Source: Candidatus Latescibacterota bacterium (lineage in GTDB: Bacteria; Latescibacterota; UBA2968). Taken from it: a stretch of 64,000 nt of DNA. Below the pieces are notes generated by a model that saw only the letters and a program-made list of their open reading frames with translations, had not been told where the DNA came from and searched no databases. This document shows positions 46,912-55,882 of this stretch, piece by piece. Each line of letters starts with the position of its first letter. Position 1 is the first letter of the stretch. The position numbers were made by a program, and so were the translations under genes. Location of the stretch: the NCBI GenBank assembly GCA_965116885.1, contig OZ220741.1:4448001-4512000 (forward strand), in the 5' to 3' direction.

Positions 46912-46994
46912 TGCTAATTATTTCGCTATTTGGACTTGACAATGGATTTTTAATCGGCTATTTTTCTGAAAACTGATATGCTAATTATTTCGCA
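46912..46994 (+). promoter_or_regulatory. blaI promoter flanked by two identical quasi-palindromic 15-mers (putative operators)
   Basis: TGCTAATTATTTCGC at 46912-46926 and 46979-46993; TTGACA(46936)-N17-TATTTT between them. Confidence 0.7.
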
Positions 46995-47028
46995 CAGTAT
47001 CATTCAGAGAAATAAAAAGGAGCTAAAA

Positions 47029-47412
47029 ATGGCAAGACTGCGACAAGAGGGATTGACTACCCGTGAAATAGAACTCATACAGGTACTCTGGCAACAGAAA
47101 GAAGCTACAGTCGAGATGATCCAGGCAAAATTACCCAACCGGTTAGAAGGCTCCACTATTCGCACACTCCTGCAAATCATGGAAGACAAAGGCTATGTGA
47201 CGCATGAAAAGCAAGGACGCGCCAATGTGTATCGCCCCGTGATCGAACAGCAAAGCGTCCAATCCTCTGCAATGAAACACATCATTCAAAAACTATTTGG
47301 CGGTTCAACCGAACTCTTACTGGCGCGGCTGGTTGAAGACGAAGAGATAGACATGGACGACGTAGCGCGATTGCGTGAGAAACTCAAGCAACGCAAAGGA
47401 GGCACATCATGA
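47029..47412 (+). CDS. BlaI/MecI/CopY-family repressor
   Basis: LT.RE.E..QVLW, STIRTLL..MEDKGYV, LFGGS..LL..LV; RBS aaggag. Confidence 0.93.
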   Translation: MARLRQEGLTTREIELIQVLWQQKEATVEMIQAKLPNRLEGSTIRTLLQIMEDKGYVTHEKQGRANVYRPVIEQQSVQSSAMKHIIQKLFGGSTELLLARLVEDEEIDMDDVARLREKLKQRKGGTS

Positions 47413-50400
47413 TCGACACAGCTATACTGGACCCCATTACCCTATTTCTCCTCGATGCGACTATCAAGACCACCCTCTTTATGGGTCTTGTCCTGTGTGT
47501 CGTATGGCTCCTGGGTACGCGCCAAGCGGCCAAACGCAGTTTGCTTTTGAGCTGGTGTCTTGTCGGCGTACTGATCATTCCTATCGCGTCATTGTGCATG
47601 CCTTCACTGCGATTTCAATTTCATGCGCCATCGCCCTCTTCAGAACCAACTCCTTCGACTGCCCAACCTGCTATTGTGCCCGATACACCTCTGGTGAAAT
47701 CCACACCTGCATTGCAGCAAAGAGTACCTGACAAGGCTCTGTCTCAGAACATTGAATTGTCTCAAGACTTCGCATCTCCCCCACCTGCACAGATTGTTTT
47801 TGAAAAAAATGCTGAGACAGAATCGGTCAATTGGACGACCTACATACTGAACAAAATCACTTCAGCGCATGCTTTGTATGGTGTAATGGCAGTCTATGTT
47901 ATTGGTGTGTTGATTTTACTAATTCGTATAATCTATTCCCTAATAATAGTTTGCACGTTTCGCCGATCTCTATCGCCCTGTGAAGATGAACAGCTACAGC
48001 ATGATTTGCAGATCCTGAAAAAACAACTGGGTATTCGACGATCTGTAGCACTCTCTATCAGTGACAAAATTAGCAGTCCAACCCAAGTCGGGCTCCTGAA
48101 ACCCATAGTCGTATTGCCCGCGCCTATGGTCGAATCGCGCGACCAGTTGGAATCGATTTTGATTCACGAACTCATTCATGTCAAACGATGGGATTGCCTG
48201 TATCGTCTGTTGGCAATGGTAGGCCTGGCGTTTTACTGGTTCAATCCCCTATACCACCGCGTCAAACATCTGCTTTTTGAAGTGCAAGAACAAGCCTGTG
48301 ATGATTGGACCGTGACAACAACAGGCAATTCTGAAAGCTACGCGGACACGCTTCTCAATGTGGCGACCCAACTACGTCCTCGTCCTGCGATGGTTCTGGG
48401 CATGGACATGGCGCGACCCACTCAGGTCATGGAGCGGGTCAATCGCATTATCACCCTGGGCGGCCATGTGTCTCCGCGCGTTGGTCGCGTATCGGCACTG
48501 GTGTTGGCAGTGGTATTTATCGGCGGGGCAACGACCATCGGCAGCCTGACCACTGCGAAGTTCGATAACAATGACAAAAAAATTGTGTTTGAAGATGGTG
48601 TTGCCGTAACCGATACCAGCGACGTATCGCAGCGAACGCTACCAATGAAAATGCGCGATGGTCGCCTGTGGTGGCGTGGCGAGAATGGCCTCTATCTGCA
48701 AGATGAGGACTCGTGGCAAAAGTTCACACTGCCAGAGGGTGGAGCATTTACGAGCATCAGAGCCTTCAAACAAGCTCGCAATAACTCAATATGGTTTGCT
48801 GGCATATATAAAAGTCGCCCGGTTATCGCGAACTTCGACGGAAAAACCTGGCGGATATGGGATTCAAAAACAACGGGCCTGGGAAAAATCACTGTTGGAT
48901 ATAAGTTTGCCGAAGATGATGATGGCGGTATCTGGATTGCTCAGGGCCACGAAAAAAGTGTTAGAACACGCGGTGGCAATGACCGTGTCCAGGGCGGAAA
49001 CGGGATTTTGCACTTTGATGGCGAAACATGGCACAACTATACTGTGGAAGATGGACTGATTCACAATCGGGTTTACAATGTAGAAGCCGATCCCAAAGGC
49101 GGCGTGTGGATCGCTACCTATCGCGGATTGAGCCATTACAAAGATGGGAAATGGACCTCTCATATTGTCGATAGCGTGCCCGTAGAAGGCGTGCGCAATG
49201 GCAATATATACGAGGGTCGCAAGACCTATAAGCTATTTTATGATCGAGAAGGCACGCTTTGGGCTACACGTGGATCGCTTTTCGGGCGCACCATAATGCG
49301 AAGCCGACCAACACTATCGAGCTTTGATGGCGAAACCTGGACACACTACGATGCCCATGTTGGATTGCCCATTCGCGCTTCTCGATATATCTGGCAAACG
49401 GAAAACGGCGATTTGTGGTTTGGTACACATCGAGATGACCAGAGAGATGTAGAGGCAAAAGGTCTGGTGCGTTATAAAGATGGAATGTGGCTGCGATTGA
49501 CGCGCAAACACGGCATTCCCGGCGATTTTGTATGGGGCCTGGTTGAAAAAGGCGATGGATCTTTTTATCTCGGTGTTTCCAGTATTATACCAGCCGGAAC
49601 GAGTATGTCAACAATATGGAAACTTTCAGGTACTGCATCGTATCGTCCCCCCACTGATCACCTGACAACAGTTTCGGGCAAGGTCATAGATCAGCGCGAT
49701 GGTAAACCCGTAGCAAATATGGGAATATGGGTTGAATACGGCGATGGCGAGGTACATGCGGGAACCACGACTGACGAAAATGGCCGCTACCGCGTCGAAG
49801 TCACACCTGGTGTATATCGCGTGCGAATCGCATCTAAGAATGCGGCTGAGCCCGTGAGTGTTGACGCCGAATCTGAGCGCGAAATCGATAAGGTTGATCT
49901 CCTCCTGCTCAACGCACGCCGCATATCCGGTCGCGTACTCGACACCTCTAATAATCCGGTTGCCAATGCAGTCGTGGTGATTTCTGATGATTCTTCAGAA
50001 GACCAACGGTTGTCCCCTCAAGTAGTCACAACAGATGCCGACGGAAAATTTGAAGGCTATCAGGTCGCAGGGCCACAAGCTACTTTTGACATCGCCGCAG
50101 AGGAGTATGCCCAAACCACAAGGGAAGTTAAAAATGCCATTGAAGGCCAGGTGGTAATTAATCTAAAAAAAGGAATGACACTGCGCGGGCGCGTTGTGGA
50201 TGATTTGGGCAACCCCATTGCTTGGGCGCGCATTGGCCTCGGTCCCGCACCCGATCCTACTGGGAAGAAAGTATATTTACTGCCCCCGTTGCCCTTTCAA
50301 CGCAACACTTATACGGATGCATCGGGTTTGTTCACTTTGAATGACGTAGAAGGCGGCCATATCTGGATAAATCATCCTGAGATTGGGATCGTGAGTCAAG

Positions 50401-51518
50401 AAGTTATGCCTGAAGATGGCGTAGTAGATATCCAGGTGGACCGTCCGCGTCTGTATTCTGTTTCGGGCGTGGTGTCGCTAACTGGTGTCCCCATAGAAAG
50501 GCTGACAGTCAGCTCCTTTGCCCTATTTATTGGATCGGAATCCAAAATTAAAACCAGCCGTACAGATGCAAATGGCGCGTATCGCCTGGAAGGTTTGGAG
50601 TCGGGTAAGCATCTCATCAGGGTGAACGCACTTGACCGGGTAAAAAGAGATGGGCGGATGGTCACAATGAACCGCTCTATTCTATCTCGGAGGCTGGCGA
50701 TTGAAGACCGCGATGTGACACTGAATTTTGAACCCTTGAACGATGCGCGAATAACCGGTGTTGCAACTTACAACGGACAGACTGTTTCAGATGTTTATGT
50801 AGGGGCCTATGTTTTAACAGATGATCTCAGGAACTACGCCTCTCTCAGGAGCACAAAAACAAACCAAAAAGGACAGTTTGAAGTCCGAGATCTGCCTTCT
50901 GCACGGATTGCCCTTTCTTTTACCAAATGGGATCGTCCCTTTGGTAGTATGCTCTGGAGCAAGGTCGATACGGTTGATCTGAGAAAAAAGAAAGAATTAA
51001 ATTATATGGAAAATTTGGCTATGCTGGCAGAACGGGATATGCAAAATCACCTGAACACACACGGGCTCGGGACGTTGCGCGTGTGGGATAAGGCACCCGA
51101 TTTTGAGGCTAAGCGACTGGATGGATCAACATTCCGATTATCAGATTATCGCGGTAAAAAAGCTGTGTTGATCGATTTTTGGGCAACGTGGTGTGGTCCG
51201 TGCATCAAGGAAATTCCGACGATCAAAAGAATTGCCGAAACCTACAGCGGTCAGGGATTGGAAGTTGTGGGCGTGAGTTTGGACCGGGATGAGAAGGCAC
51301 TGCGAGATTTTGTGCAAAAAGAAAAGCTGAGCTATATGCAGGTATATGGTCGGGAAAAATCACAGGAGATAACAAAATCCTACGGCGTATGGGGGATTCC
51401 GTCGGTATTTCTGGTAGATAAAAATGGCTTCATCAATGCGATAAATTTGCGTGGCGAACGCACAGAAGCGGCTGTGAAGGCATTATTGACCAATGGGCCT
51501 ATTCCAGCTAAAAACTGA
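47409..51518 (+). CDS. M56 (BlaR1/MecR1) metallopeptidase fused to beta-propeller, Ig-like repeats and TlpA redoxin domain
   Basis: HELIH zinc motif, YWFNP, EQACDD; propeller repeats (FDGETW, DGL.HNRV, G.WI.T); C-terminal WCGPC; ATGA overlap with blaI. Confidence 0.9.
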   Translation: MIDTAILDPITLFLLDATIKTTLFMGLVLCVVWLLGTRQAAKRSLLLSWCLVGVLIIPIASLCMPSLRFQFHAPSPSSEPTPSTAQPAIVPDTPLVKSTPALQQRVPDKALSQNIELSQDFASPPPAQIVFEKNAETESVNWTTYILNKITSAHALYGVMAVYVIGVLILLIRIIYSLIIVCTFRRSLSPCEDEQLQHDLQILKKQLGIRRSVALSISDKISSPTQVGLLKPIVVLPAPMVESRDQLESILIHELIHVKRWDCLYRLLAMVGLAFYWFNPLYHRVKHLLFEVQEQACDDWTVTTTGNSESYADTLLNVATQLRPRPAMVLGMDMARPTQVMERVNRIITLGGHVSPRVGRVSALVLAVVFIGGATTIGSLTTAKFDNNDKKIVFEDGVAVTDTSDVSQRTLPMKMRDGRLWWRGENGLYLQDEDSWQKFTLPEGGAFTSIRAFKQARNNSIWFAGIYKSRPVIANFDGKTWRIWDSKTTGLGKITVGYKFAEDDDGGIWIAQGHEKSVRTRGGNDRVQGGNGILHFDGETWHNYTVEDGLIHNRVYNVEADPKGGVWIATYRGLSHYKDGKWTSHIVDSVPVEGVRNGNIYEGRKTYKLFYDREGTLWATRGSLFGRTIMRSRPTLSSFDGETWTHYDAHVGLPIRASRYIWQTENGDLWFGTHRDDQRDVEAKGLVRYKDGMWLRLTRKHGIPGDFVWGLVEKGDGSFYLGVSSIIPAGTSMSTIWKLSGTASYRPPTDHLTTVSGKVIDQRDGKPVANMGIWVEYGDGEVHAGTTTDENGRYRVEVTPGVYRVRIASKNAAEPVSVDAESEREIDKVDLLLLNARRISGRVLDTSNNPVANAVVVISDDSSEDQRLSPQVVTTDADGKFEGYQVAGPQATFDIAAEEYAQTTREVKNAIEGQVVINLKKGMTLRGRVVDDLGNPIAWARIGLGPAPDPTGKKVYLLPPLPFQRNTYTDASGLFTLNDVEGGHIWINHPEIGIVSQEVMPEDGVVDIQVDRPRLYSVSGVVSLTGVPIERLTVSSFALFIGSESKIKTSRTDANGAYRLEGLESGKHLIRVNALDRVKRDGRMVTMNRSILSRRLAIEDRDVTLNFEPLNDARITGVATYNGQTVSDVYVGAYVLTDDLRNYASLRSTKTNQKGQFEVRDLPSARIALSFTKWDRPFGSMLWSKVDTVDLRKKKELNYMENLAMLAERDMQNHLNTHGLGTLRVWDKAPDFEAKRLDGSTFRLSDYRGKKAVLIDFWATWCGPCIKEIPTIKRIAETYSGQGLEVVGVSLDRDEKALRDFVQKEKLSYMQVYGREKSQEITKSYGVWGIPSVFLVDKNGFINAINLRGERTEAAVKALLTNGPIPAKN

Positions 51519-51553
51519 ACTGACGCAAACCGTTCACTGTATTGGGAAAAAAG

Positions 51554-53941
51554 ATGAGAATGCGCTTCACCATTTATATCGGATTGATCGCGTTGATCAG
51601 TCTCTTTAGTGCCAACTCGTCCAGGGGCGCGACGACAATAGACTCGTTGTTTCACGCGGCAGAGCAGCAAGTCGGCAAGGTGAGTCTAAAGGAAAGCATT
51701 GCGACATTTCGCGACATTCTTTCACGCGATGATGCGTATGCCCCTGCGTACAACGCATTGGCTAACCTCTATTTACAAGCCAACACCGTGAATGACCGCC
51801 AGCGCGCAATGCGGATGATACAGCATGCGATCGCAAGTGATCCCGACAATACTGAATACCGGCTGACACGCGGAAAAATCTGGTGGGCACAGGGCTTTCA
51901 ATCACGGGCATTGAACCAATACGAAAATGTGAGCGAAAAACATCCGGACAATACAGAAGCCCTCAATAGTGCGGGTATGTATTGGATATATGATTTTCTG
52001 GCACAAACTGATAGAAGGAGCCAATATCATTCAAAAGATTTCAAGATATTTGCCCAAGAAGCCAAACGAGAAGCAGAAAAAACGCTGAGAAAAAGCATCC
52101 AATTGGATGCGATGAATCAGAAATCTTATTATTTGTTAGGCATACTCTACTTTGAAGATGAGGATTGGCGTTCCTTTCAAGCCTTGATGCAAGATCTCCA
52201 CGCCCAATATCCAGATGACAAAAATGTGTTGCTATTTTGCGGCCTTGCTCACTATCAGCTTGGTGAATACAATGAATCGCATGAATACTATCAGCACGCT
52301 TATGACTTGATGAGTGTTGAAGAGCGCGAGTTGCTCGAATCTATTGATCTGCTTGTCCTTAAAGAAGATCATGCACCCCGCGATACGATGCAGACGATTG
52401 ATGAGTTATTGGAACGCGAGATGTTTTGGAAGAGCCAGGACCCGCTCTATTTATCAGACTTTAACGAAAGGAAAATGGAACACTTTGGTCGCATGGCTTA
52501 TTCAAATCTGCGGTTTAAACGATTTTCTGCTAATGTCGAGGGGTGGCAGACGGACATGGGAAAGACCTATATCAAATTTGGAAGATATAGACGACGGATA
52601 TCCGGTTATGGCAATTGTGGAAAGACTGCTAATTTGATAGAAACCTGGTTTTACGAAACTTTCAAGATCGAATTTTGTGGTGATGGTACTGATCGTTGGA
52701 GTTTTGGTGGCGGTGATGAGGTCGGCGGTGTCAGTTTTATTCCCCCAGATGGTAGTCTCTTTGACTACTGGGACGAAGGACCTGAAAATGCTTTTAGACA
52801 GCGAACATTTTCTTCTCCCAGTACACCTCAAGAAGCCTCACATCACACCTTCCGAAAAATAGCCCAACGCTTTGTCGATCCGTATTTGAAACGAAAATAC
52901 ACCCTCCCCTATCAGGTCGCCGCCTTTGAAGAACGAGACAGCGTACGCGTGGAACTCAGTTATATGATTCCCAAAAACCGCTTAGAATCAAATTCCGAAA
53001 CTGGCGAAGTGAGCTTCTGGGATGGCGTATTCTTATTCGATGAACACTGGAATGACGTGTATAATTACCGCAAATCTGTGAGTTTCAAACGCAAACCCGA
53101 GAGTTACACAGTGTCGCCTCAGAAGCCGACCCAAAATGCCGCCGCGCAGCATCGCAATGATCACTTGCTGGTCTCGCGCATGTTATCCGTCTCTCAAGGC
53201 AACTATCATTTTTCAGTAGAATTATTGGATCAGACATCTGGCGCAATTGGTATCGCACGCGATAAAGAACAGTATGTCTATGACGATGAGACCTTTCATT
53301 TGAGTGATCTATTGGTCGGCAGCAATATTCAAGCAAGGCGTATGTTGCCAGAAGGTCGCGACGACCTGATCATCACACCTAACCCTGTCCGTACATTTTC
53401 AACATCTGAATCGGTCTTTATCTATCTGGAACTGTACGATCTCAAACGCGACAATTTTGGCAGCACGCAGTATGAGATTTCCTACACCATCGGCAAGCCA
53501 GAGGTGGATACACTATCGCCCACATTATTCGCGTCTCAAGATCTGATTGATACGATGGGTAAAACGGAGATTGATCTGCGGAGTGGACAAGGATACTACA
53601 TCGCTTCCGAGGGTTTGCTGACCGGGCAATCGCAGGATATCGATGAGACCGGTAGCGTATTCGCAGATAGCGATATATGGGGAGAGACGAAGGTTTATAC
53701 GAGTGGTGGGCAGGTCCATCACATCGCCGCTGAGGACTTGAAGATCGAGCGATCAAAAGATGGCGATTTGACGCGCACCGTGACAGCGGATTACGAAGGC
53801 AATCGAGAAAATGATTTCACGTATTTGCAGATTGATGTGAACCAGGTGCCCGAAGGGATTTATCAATTGACGGTGCTGGCGAAGGACAAGCGGACGGATC
53901 AGACGGACAGGAAATACGTCTATTTTCGCATTGTAGAGTAA
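51554..53941 (+). CDS. TPR- and GWxTD-domain protein, secreted
   Basis: Signal peptide, TPR-like helices, FWKSQDP..NER..EH, GWQTDMGKTYIKFG. Confidence 0.85.
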   Translation: MRMRFTIYIGLIALISLFSANSSRGATTIDSLFHAAEQQVGKVSLKESIATFRDILSRDDAYAPAYNALANLYLQANTVNDRQRAMRMIQHAIASDPDNTEYRLTRGKIWWAQGFQSRALNQYENVSEKHPDNTEALNSAGMYWIYDFLAQTDRRSQYHSKDFKIFAQEAKREAEKTLRKSIQLDAMNQKSYYLLGILYFEDEDWRSFQALMQDLHAQYPDDKNVLLFCGLAHYQLGEYNESHEYYQHAYDLMSVEERELLESIDLLVLKEDHAPRDTMQTIDELLEREMFWKSQDPLYLSDFNERKMEHFGRMAYSNLRFKRFSANVEGWQTDMGKTYIKFGRYRRRISGYGNCGKTANLIETWFYETFKIEFCGDGTDRWSFGGGDEVGGVSFIPPDGSLFDYWDEGPENAFRQRTFSSPSTPQEASHHTFRKIAQRFVDPYLKRKYTLPYQVAAFEERDSVRVELSYMIPKNRLESNSETGEVSFWDGVFLFDEHWNDVYNYRKSVSFKRKPESYTVSPQKPTQNAAAQHRNDHLLVSRMLSVSQGNYHFSVELLDQTSGAIGIARDKEQYVYDDETFHLSDLLVGSNIQARRMLPEGRDDLIITPNPVRTFSTSESVFIYLELYDLKRDNFGSTQYEISYTIGKPEVDTLSPTLFASQDLIDTMGKTEIDLRSGQGYYIASEGLLTGQSQDIDETGSVFADSDIWGETKVYTSGGQVHHIAAEDLKIERSKDGDLTRTVTADYEGNRENDFTYLQIDVNQVPEGIYQLTVLAKDKRTDQTDRKYVYFRIVE

Positions 53942-53998
53942 ATGCATAACGCTTCTCGGTTCGACAAAAACGGATAATTTCACTCTCTTACTACCCGA

Positions 53999-54382
53999 TC
54001 AATATCTTGCTCTGAGAAATTTTAACGTTTGGATCTGTCGAAAATGCCTTTCATTTTTGCTAACAAGCGTCAGATCATGCTCAATGGCAGTAGCTGCGAT
54101 TAATGCATCCATAATCGTCAATCCATGAGATAACGCATGGTCTATTAAGAGATTGTACCCCCCGATACCAGTGCTTCTATGTAGCTCTCTGATTGTGTAG
54201 TGAGCAATAAAGTCTTCAATCGCAAGCTGATCTCGTTTATCTCTTGCTCCAACGATAAGTTCTGTCGCAGAAATCCGACTGATGGAAATTGTCCCTATGA
54301 GACCGGCGAGAAAATTAACAGCATTGGTGCTCCCTTTGGAAACATCAATCAAGACATCGGTATCAATCAGAAATTCACTCAT
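53999..54382 (-). CDS. vapC: VapC-family PIN-domain toxin
   Basis: LIDTDVLID, TELIVG, DALIAATA, KNERHF. Confidence 0.9.
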   Translation of the reverse strand: MSEFLIDTDVLIDVSKGSTNAVNFLAGLIGTISISRISATELIVGARDKRDQLAIEDFIAHYTIRELHRSTGIGGYNLLIDHALSHGLTIMDALIAATAIEHDLTLVSKNERHFRQIQTLKFLRARY

Positions 54383-54603
54383 TTCTCATACCTGTGCTGA
54401 TCGCGAAGGTTACGAACATAAGAGATACCATCTGAAATGTCTTCTCGATCTTTCCAGAGACCAAAAAATGAAAATGACTTCATCGCTTCCACTTTGTCCG
54501 CTTCTTGAATATGGACCTCTCCTGTGACTCCTTCATCAATTTCTCTCAGTGTTTCAAGCGGTATGAAGACACCGTTTTCATATTTTACAGGAATTGATCG
54601 CAT
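54379..54603 (-). CDS. Antitoxin, DUF104/AF2212-like
   Basis: YENGVFIPLE and FGLWKDR motifs; 4-bp overlap with vapC. Confidence 0.75.
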   Translation of the reverse strand: MRSIPVKYENGVFIPLETLREIDEGVTGEVHIQEADKVEAMKSFSFFGLWKDREDISDGISYVRNLRDQHRYEK

Positions 54604-54672
54604 AGTAAACGCTCCTCTTATTTTAATTGAAAACACCCCCATCGCTATCCAATTTACGCTATCCTTAAAAGA

Positions 54673-54701
54673 AATTTACTTAGCTTTGAGAAATAGGTCA
54701 A
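54673..54701 (-). promoter_or_regulatory. Putative promoter of the TA pair
   Basis: TTGACC-N17-TAAATT. Confidence 0.5.
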
Positions 54702-54710
54702 GGGCTTGCC

Positions 54711-55877
54711 TTACCCCACCCGCTCTGCGCCATTGACCGCTGAACAAACGTAAATCTCAGGCGTCAAACCAGTCGTTTTGGGATACCGCTCATTCACCGC
54801 ATCTGCCAGTGCTGGCACAGCATCCCGTTCAACGATATTCACAGTACATCCCCCAAAGCCCGCACCAGTCATCCGCGCACCGAGCACTCCCGGAATATTT
54901 AGAGCGATTTCGACCAGCAGATCGAGTTCTTTCCCGCTCACCTCGTAATCATCTCGCAAACTCTCGTGGGATGCGACCATCAACTGTCCAAATCCCGACA
55001 AATCCCCTTTTTTGAGCAATGCAACCGCCCGTTGCGTGCGTTCATTCTCCGTTATCACATGGCGACATCGCTTCAGAACAGTCTCCGATAGTGCATCACC
55101 GTAAACATCCAGCATCTCCGTCGACACATCGCGCAGTGCCCTTAAATCTGCTCCCATCGCTCCTGCGAGAAGCGAAACCCCACTTTCACACGCAGACCGC
55201 CGATCATTATATGCCGAATCCGTCAGCCCGCGCGTCACGCCCGAGTTGCAAATCACAATCTGAATATCGTCGCCAAAAAGAGGAACAAGCTCAAACGAAA
55301 GATCGCGGCAATCGAGAAACAGCGCGTGACCTGCCCGGCCATTTGCCGAGATAAACTGATCCATAATTCCGCAATTAACACCCACAAAATGATTCTCTGC
55401 GCGCTGTCCCAAAAGAGCCAGATCAGGCTCGCTTATTTCAATGCCATTTAACACAACGATCCCCTTCCCAACCGCCATCTCCACAGCAGCCGAACTGCTC
55501 AGTCCCGCCCCCATAGGCACATTGCCCACAATCGCCGCATCAAAACCACACAGCGAATACTCGAGCTTTTGAAACTCGCGCACCACGCCCTTTGGATAAT
55601 CTGCCCAATTGCCCTGTGCCTCCAACACATCATCGGCTCGAAACTCAGCCACCTCTTCGTGCATCGCCGAGTAAATCTGCACCCGCGAATCAACTCTCGA
55701 CCGTGCCACAACAACCACCCAGCGGTCAATCGCTGTGGGAAACACAAAGCCCGCATTGTAATCCGTGTGTTCCCCAATCAAATTGACGCGCCCAGGTGCC
55801 TGCACGGTGACATCCGCCTGCCCCTCAAAAACCGACGCAAAAGCATCTCGCGCCTGTGTAATAATCGAATACAACAT
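54711..55877 (-). CDS. galK: Galactokinase
   Basis: APGRVNLIGEHTDYN, PMGAGLSSSAA, CGIMDQ, GARMTGAGFGG. Confidence 0.97.
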   Translation of the reverse strand: MLYSIITQARDAFASVFEGQADVTVQAPGRVNLIGEHTDYNAGFVFPTAIDRWVVVVARSRVDSRVQIYSAMHEEVAEFRADDVLEAQGNWADYPKGVVREFQKLEYSLCGFDAAIVGNVPMGAGLSSSAAVEMAVGKGIVVLNGIEISEPDLALLGQRAENHFVGVNCGIMDQFISANGRAGHALFLDCRDLSFELVPLFGDDIQIVICNSGVTRGLTDSAYNDRRSACESGVSLLAGAMGADLRALRDVSTEMLDVYGDALSETVLKRCRHVITENERTQRAVALLKKGDLSGFGQLMVASHESLRDDYEVSGKELDLLVEIALNIPGVLGARMTGAGFGGCTVNIVERDAVPALADAVNERYPKTTGLTPEIYVCSAVNGAERVG

Positions 55878-55882
55878 TGAAA

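Noticed and set aside
45849..51518. Diversity-generating retroelement TR/VR pair
   Set aside because: No reverse transcriptase in the window and mismatches are not confined to adenines
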